Under the pieces are notes generated by a model. It did not search any database. It saw only the letters and a list, made by a program, of their open reading frames with translations, and was not told where the DNA came from. Position numbers and translations under genes: made by a program. A stretch of 52,662 nt of DNA from Candidatus Elulimicrobiales bacterium (lineage in GTDB: Bacteria > Patescibacteriota > Minisyncoccia > Phycocordibacterales > UBA5272): NCBI GenBank assembly GCA_034927475.1, contig JAYFPW010000004.1, positions 1 to 52,662 on the forward strand. Direction: 5' to 3'. Position 1 is the stretch's first letter. Each line of letters starts with the position of its first letter. Below are positions 47,866 to 52,662 of the stretch, in pieces.

Positions 47866-47894
47866 TTGACAATACGTGTTAAACATACTATAAT
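47866..47894 (+). promoter_or_regulatory. Consensus sigma-70 promoter of the DEAD-box helicase
   Basis: TTGACA-N17-TATAAT. Confidence 0.85.
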
Positions 47895-48032
47895 CCTATC
47901 AATAAGTTAATCTCTTTATTCTAAGTTTCTTATTTGAAGGAACTAAACATCATTTATTTTGATCTTGAAAGGAAAGTGGAGATCACGAGTCCGGCTTACA
48001 ATTTTTAAAAACTAAAGGACCGAAAAATAAAT

Positions 48033-49478
48033 ATGTTTACAAAAAATAGATCACGACGAGATCGTGATAATAAACCTTCTTATAAAAGAGAAGGTTTGAA
48101 AGAGGGTATAAAAAATAGTGTAAAAAATAACGCGAAAAAGAATATGAAGTGGGACGCGAAAGAGAGTGTTGGTAGAGCTACTTTTAAAAAGGATTCTGAG
48201 TATAAAAAGAAAGAAAATTTATCTAAAAAATCTTCTTTTGCTGGCAGCCGTAGCTCGGGTGGATTTTCGTCTAATGCAAAACCAGAAAAGCGATCAGAAA
48301 GTAGAGATGGTGCCAGAAGAAATTTTCGTGGTAGTAGGAGCGGCGGAAGAAGAGGAAAGAAAAATTTTGTTTTTAACGACATTACAAAATTTATAAATAA
48401 ATCTAGTATAAAATTTGCTAGAAAAGTAGAAGATATTTATATGCCAGAAAATACTTTTCAAAGTTTTAAAATAGACGAAAGATTAAAGAGTAACATTTTA
48501 GAAAACGGATATATTTCTCCGACTATTATTCAAGACAAATCTATTCCAAGCATACTTGAGGGTAAGGATTTTGTTGGGATAGCGAATACTGGTACTGGAA
48601 AAACAGCTGCATTTCTTATTCCACTTATTGACAAAGTTTTAAAAAATAAAAAAGAAATGGTAATTATACTCGCGCCGACTCGTGAGCTTGCGGTACAGAT
48701 TAATGATGAATTTAAAATTTTTTCAAAAGGATTAAAACTTTGGAGTATTCTCGCAGTTGGAGGTATGCCTATTTACAATCAGATAAAAGATTTTCGTTAC
48801 GATCATAATTTTATAATCGGTACACCAGGCAGAATAAAAGATTTGATAGATCGAAAGGTGATGAATATAAAAGAATTCAAAACAATTGTACTTGATGAGT
48901 CAGATAGAATGCTTGATATGGGGTTTGTAGATGATATGAAATATTTAATGAAAGAAATGTCACAGCCAAGACACGTTGTTTTCTTTTCAGCGACAGTTTC
49001 GCCAGCAGTAAATAAAATAATAAAAGAATTTTTAGTAGACCCAGTATCTGTCACAGTCAAGACTCGTGACACAGCGGAGTCTATTGATCAAGATGTGATT
49101 TACGCAATGGCAAAGCAAAAAACTAATGTACTTCATGAGCTCTTGGAAAATCCGGAATTTGAAAAAGTTTTAATTTTTGTGAAGACAAAGCTCGGCGTAG
49201 ACAGGTTAATGAAAAATCTAAAAGAATTAAATCATTCTGTAATCGCTATTCACGGAGACAAAAGGCCGAGAGAGAGAAATTTTGCAATCAAAAGTTTTAA
49301 AGAAAATCATGTAAGCATTTTGATAGCTACAGATGTAGCAGCGAGAGGACTTGATATTCCAAATGTCTCTCATGTAATAAATTATGATTTACCGGCGACA
49401 TATGAAGACTATATTCACAGAATCGGCAGAACTGGACGTGCTGGGAAAACAGGAAAGGCTTTAACTTTCGTGGAGTAG
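48033..49478 (+). CDS. DEAD-box RNA helicase with basic N-terminal extension
   Basis: Q motif, ANTGTGKT, PTRELA, TPGR, DESD, SAT, ARGLD, HRIGRTGR. Confidence 0.95.
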   Translation: MFTKNRSRRDRDNKPSYKREGLKEGIKNSVKNNAKKNMKWDAKESVGRATFKKDSEYKKKENLSKKSSFAGSRSSGGFSSNAKPEKRSESRDGARRNFRGSRSGGRRGKKNFVFNDITKFINKSSIKFARKVEDIYMPENTFQSFKIDERLKSNILENGYISPTIIQDKSIPSILEGKDFVGIANTGTGKTAAFLIPLIDKVLKNKKEMVIILAPTRELAVQINDEFKIFSKGLKLWSILAVGGMPIYNQIKDFRYDHNFIIGTPGRIKDLIDRKVMNIKEFKTIVLDESDRMLDMGFVDDMKYLMKEMSQPRHVVFFSATVSPAVNKIIKEFLVDPVSVTVKTRDTAESIDQDVIYAMAKQKTNVLHELLENPEFEKVLIFVKTKLGVDRLMKNLKELNHSVIAIHGDKRPRERNFAIKSFKENHVSILIATDVAARGLDIPNVSHVINYDLPATYEDYIHRIGRTGRAGKTGKALTFVE

Positions 49479-49514
49479 AAAATAAAATCACTTTATTTGT
49501 AAAGTGATTTTATT

Positions 49515-49946
49515 TTACATAACACTCTTCTTTTCTCTTTTAAACTCTTTCAATTTTAAAGTTTCTCTTTTGTCAGATTTATTTTTTCTTTTACAAATTC
49601 CAAACTCTAATTTTAAAAGTCCATGTGAGTCATAAATTTTGAGAGGGAGAAGAGAAAGTCCTTTTTCTGTTTCAGTAGCGAGTTTTAAAATCTCGGATTT
49701 TTTAAGAAGTAGCTTTCTGGTTCTATCATTTTTAGTTTGTTTATCTTTTTCAGAGCTTTGATAAGGCTGTACACTCATACCTACAATAAAAGCTTCACCA
49801 CCACGAATAATAATTTTTGCTCCATCAATTTGGGCTTTAGAATTTCTGATAGCTTTGACCTCATTTCCAAAAAGCTCAAGACCTGCTTCCATCTTGCTTT
49901 TTACTTCATAATTTAAATTTATTTTTTTATTTTCCACTAAAGCCAT
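49515..49946 (-). CDS. smpB: SsrA-binding protein SmpB
   Basis: ENKK...Y, EAGLEL.G.EVKAIR, RTRKLLL, DKRE. Confidence 0.93.
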   Translation of the reverse strand: MALVENKKINLNYEVKSKMEAGLELFGNEVKAIRNSKAQIDGAKIIIRGGEAFIVGMSVQPYQSSEKDKQTKNDRTRKLLLKKSEILKLATETEKGLSLLPLKIYDSHGLLKLEFGICKRKNKSDKRETLKLKEFKREKKSVM

Positions 49947-49985
49947 ATTTTTTACATTTTAACACAATTGTGTTAATATTTTGCT

Positions 49986-51980
49986 ATGACAAAATTTGAC
50001 TTAAATGACTTAAAATCTCCTTTAAAAAACACAAAAAATAAGAAAAATAACAAAAAGAAAAAACCTGTAAATCTTTTTTCTCAACTTTTTAATATTTTTA
50101 TTTTTATAATTCTTATAGTTTTAGCTTTCTCTTTATTTTCAAATTATTTTGGATCTAGAAAAGACAGGGAAGAAGTAAAAGTTCCGATGAGTGAGCTTGT
50201 TAAAAATATTCAAGAGACACCAATTTCTGTAGCGGCTGAGGCAATTGAGGGAGCGACAACATCTTCTACATCACTTAGAAATATTTTAATCGACGGAGAT
50301 AAAGTTTATTTAGAAGTTGGTACTGGTACAACATTTGTTTCTCAAAAAGAAAGAAATGAAACCTTTTTAGATATTTTGAAAAATTACGAAGTTTCGTCTT
50401 CAACTTTAGAGAACTTAAACATTAAAGTAAAAGAAGAAAGTAAAATAGATTTTCTGACTTTGTCTTTTATATTTTTACCAATTTTATTTTTTGGAATAAT
50501 GCTTTGGAGTTTGCTTCGTGGAGTGAAAGGTGCAAATATGAATGCACTTTCTTTTGGAAACACTAGAGCCAAACTTATCGATCCAAATGACAATAAAAAG
50601 AAAATTACTTTTAAAGATGTGGCTGGAGCCAAAGAAGCAAAAGAAGAACTTGAAGAAGTGGTGGACTTTTTAAAAAATCCAAAAAAGTTTTTAGATATTG
50701 GAGCAAAGATACCAAAAGGCCTTCTCCTTATGGGCGCACCAGGAACTGGAAAAACTTTGCTTGCGAGAGCTGTGGCAGGGGAAGCAGGTGTACCGTTTTA
50801 TCATTTATCTGGAAGTGAATTTGTTGAAATGTTTGTCGGAGTAGGAGCAAGCAGGGTGCGAGATTTATTTAAGGAGGCTAAGAAAAATTCTCCGTCAATT
50901 ATTTTTATCGATGAAATTGATGCTGTTGGTAGAGCGAGAGGTATTGGTCTTGGTGGCGGGAATGATGAAAGGGAGCAGACTTTAAATCAGATTTTGGTAG
51001 AGATGGATGGTTTTGAGCCAAATGAAAAATTAATTGTAGTCGCTGCGACAAATAGGCCAGATGTTTTGGATAGGGCACTTTTAAGACCAGGAAGATTTGA
51101 TAGAAGAGTGACTATAGATTTACCAGATAGAGAATCGAGAGAAGAAATTTTACAAGTTCATGTAAAAGAAAAACCTTTAGCAGAAGATGTGAATTTGAAA
51201 GTTGTAGCCGAAAGGACTCCTGGATTTTCCGGAGCAGACTTAGCTTCTATAATGAATGAGGGAGCTATTTTAGCCGCAAGAGAAGGAAGGAAAGCTATTT
51301 CTCAATATGACTTAATACGAAGTATTGAAAAAGTTATGCTTGGTCCTGAAAGAAAAACTCACATTCTTTCTCAAAAAGAAAAAGAAAAAACTGCTTATCA
51401 TGAAGCTGGGCACGCATTAGTTGCTTCACTTCTTCCAAATGCAGATCCAGTTCATAAAATATCTATTATCTCTAGAGGTCATGCCGGAGGATATACTTTG
51501 AAACTGCCTTTAGATGATAAAAAATTAAATACAAGAAAAGATTTTATCGATGATATCGCTATGGCTTTTGGCGGATATGCAGCTGAGCTTGAAGTTTATG
51601 GAGATTTGTCTACTGGTCCCTCAAACGATTTGCAAGTTATTACTTCCATGGCGCGAGATATGGTGATGAAATATGGAATGAATGAAAAAGTTGGACCAAT
51701 TGCTGTAGAAAATGACGAAAGAAAAGTTGTCTATGGAAATCTTTCTGATTCAAAAAATATTATAGGAGATGATTTGGCAAATACTGTCGATGAAGAGATT
51801 AAAAAAATATGTGAAGAAGGTCTAAACACCGCGAAAGATATTGTAAAAGAAAAAAGAAATGTTTTAGATTATATAGCTAAAGAATTAATTGAAAAAGAAA
51901 ATTTGGAAAGGGAAGAGTTTGAAAAAATATTAACTTTACACGGAATAAAAGTTAAGAATAAAGAAAATTTTTCCAATTAG
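49986..51980 (+). CDS. ftsH: ATP-dependent zinc metalloprotease FtsH
   Basis: Two TMs, [31 protein letters not shown]. Confidence 0.97.
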   Translation: MTKFDLNDLKSPLKNTKNKKNNKKKKPVNLFSQLFNIFIFIILIVLAFSLFSNYFGSRKDREEVKVPMSELVKNIQETPISVAAEAIEGATTSSTSLRNILIDGDKVYLEVGTGTTFVSQKERNETFLDILKNYEVSSSTLENLNIKVKEESKIDFLTLSFIFLPILFFGIMLWSLLRGVKGANMNALSFGNTRAKLIDPNDNKKKITFKDVAGAKEAKEELEEVVDFLKNPKKFLDIGAKIPKGLLLMGAPGTGKTLLARAVAGEAGVPFYHLSGSEFVEMFVGVGASRVRDLFKEAKKNSPSIIFIDEIDAVGRARGIGLGGGNDEREQTLNQILVEMDGFEPNEKLIVVAATNRPDVLDRALLRPGRFDRRVTIDLPDRESREEILQVHVKEKPLAEDVNLKVVAERTPGFSGADLASIMNEGAILAAREGRKAISQYDLIRSIEKVMLGPERKTHILSQKEKEKTAYHEAGHALVASLLPNADPVHKISIISRGHAGGYTLKLPLDDKKLNTRKDFIDDIAMAFGGYAAELEVYGDLSTGPSNDLQVITSMARDMVMKYGMNEKVGPIAVENDERKVVYGNLSDSKNIIGDDLANTVDEEIKKICEEGLNTAKDIVKEKRNVLDYIAKELIEKENLEREEFEKILTLHGIKVKNKENFSN

Positions 51981-52134
51981 TAAATTTGAATAAAAGTTAT
52001 TTTTAGAGAGCTTTATAGAATAAACATAGAGCTTTTATTTTTGCTAAAAAGTTTTCCCCATAACCTATATTATTCAAGCTTTTCATTGTTATTTATACGA
52101 TATAATATAAGTGTTAGTCTATAGTATTTTCGTT

Positions 52135-52662
52135 GTGTATTTTTCAATAAAAAACAAAAGAATAAGAACAATTTTAAACAAAGTAAAAATTTTGGTCTTT
52201 TTTGCTCTCTTTACCATTTTCATTACAAATTCTTTTGCCGCTATAGACACACAAAAACTTTCTTTTTGGGATTCTTTTTCTATAAAACTATATTGTTCTG
52301 TAAACACCTTCTTCAATTCTGATAATGCTAAGTGTGCTACCAATATTTATAATGGAGATATAGTCAACAATGAAAATACTGTTAACAGCTTAAACAATCA
52401 GATTTCTAATCTTCAAGAACAGGTTAACGTGTTAAACAATGTGACTTTAATAAATACACCAACCTCAACTGTTACCACTATCCCTCCAACCCCCACTATT
52501 CCCTCCAATTCTCCTTCCATCAAAACAGAATACATCTCTCTCATAGGTCCTATGGGTCCAGTTGGCCCTATGGGTCCCATGGGTCCAAAAGGAGAAAAAG
52601 GAGATACAGTGTATGTAAACACATCTCCTTCTACTTTTACTTATGTACCAGTAGCTTCTACT
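52135..52662 (+). CDS. Secreted protein with collagen-like motif (3' partial; missing from ORF track)
   Basis: Open frame from GTG 52135 to the window end; signal peptide; PT-rich linker; GPMGPVGPMGPMGPKGEKGD. Confidence 0.75.
   Translation, partial: MYFSIKNKRIRTILNKVKILVFFALFTIFITNSFAAIDTQKLSFWDSFSIKLYCSVNTFFNSDNAKCATNIYNGDIVNNENTVNSLNNQISNLQEQVNVLNNVTLINTPTSTVTTIPPTPTIPSNSPSIKTEYISLIGPMGPVGPMGPMGPKGEKGDTVYVNTSPSTFTYVPVAST

Noticed and set aside
1-52662. Genetic code 25 or 4 recoding, prophage, IS element or rRNA
   Set aside because: Conserved genes are full length in code 11 with no in-frame TGA; no integrase, transposase, phage structural gene or rRNA-like stretch was seen.

Overview
AT-rich (roughly 30% GC by eye) bacterial chromosome segment with the hallmarks of a Patescibacteria/CPR (Parcubacteria-like) genome: dense housekeeping genes, no rplA after rplK, few recognisable Shine-Dalgarno sequences, extended -10 promoters close to start codons, and tRNA-Arg(GCG). 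It carries about 58 CDSs (polA, mutM, ruvA, recO, ssb, argS, ileS, metG, ribosomal proteins, secE-nusG-rplK, infC-rpmI-rplT, smpB, ftsH and many membrane or surface proteins), 7 tRNAs and tmRNA. No transposon, prophage or CRISPR array is visible. The most interesting signal is non-coding. (1) A covarying structured element is duplicated in the leaders of ileS and ndk. (2) The ileS T-box has an ultra-short stem I but a transcriptional terminator. (3) There is a compact 6S-like RNA plus three more promoter-hairpin-terminator small-RNA candidates. (4) TGA is not used as a stop in any of the 57 CDSs whose 3' end is in the window and does not occur in frame. IleRS also carries an inserted histidine-phosphatase domain, and the window opens in a surface protein with about 30 C-x11-C modules. 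All structures were folded by eye and no database searches were run.
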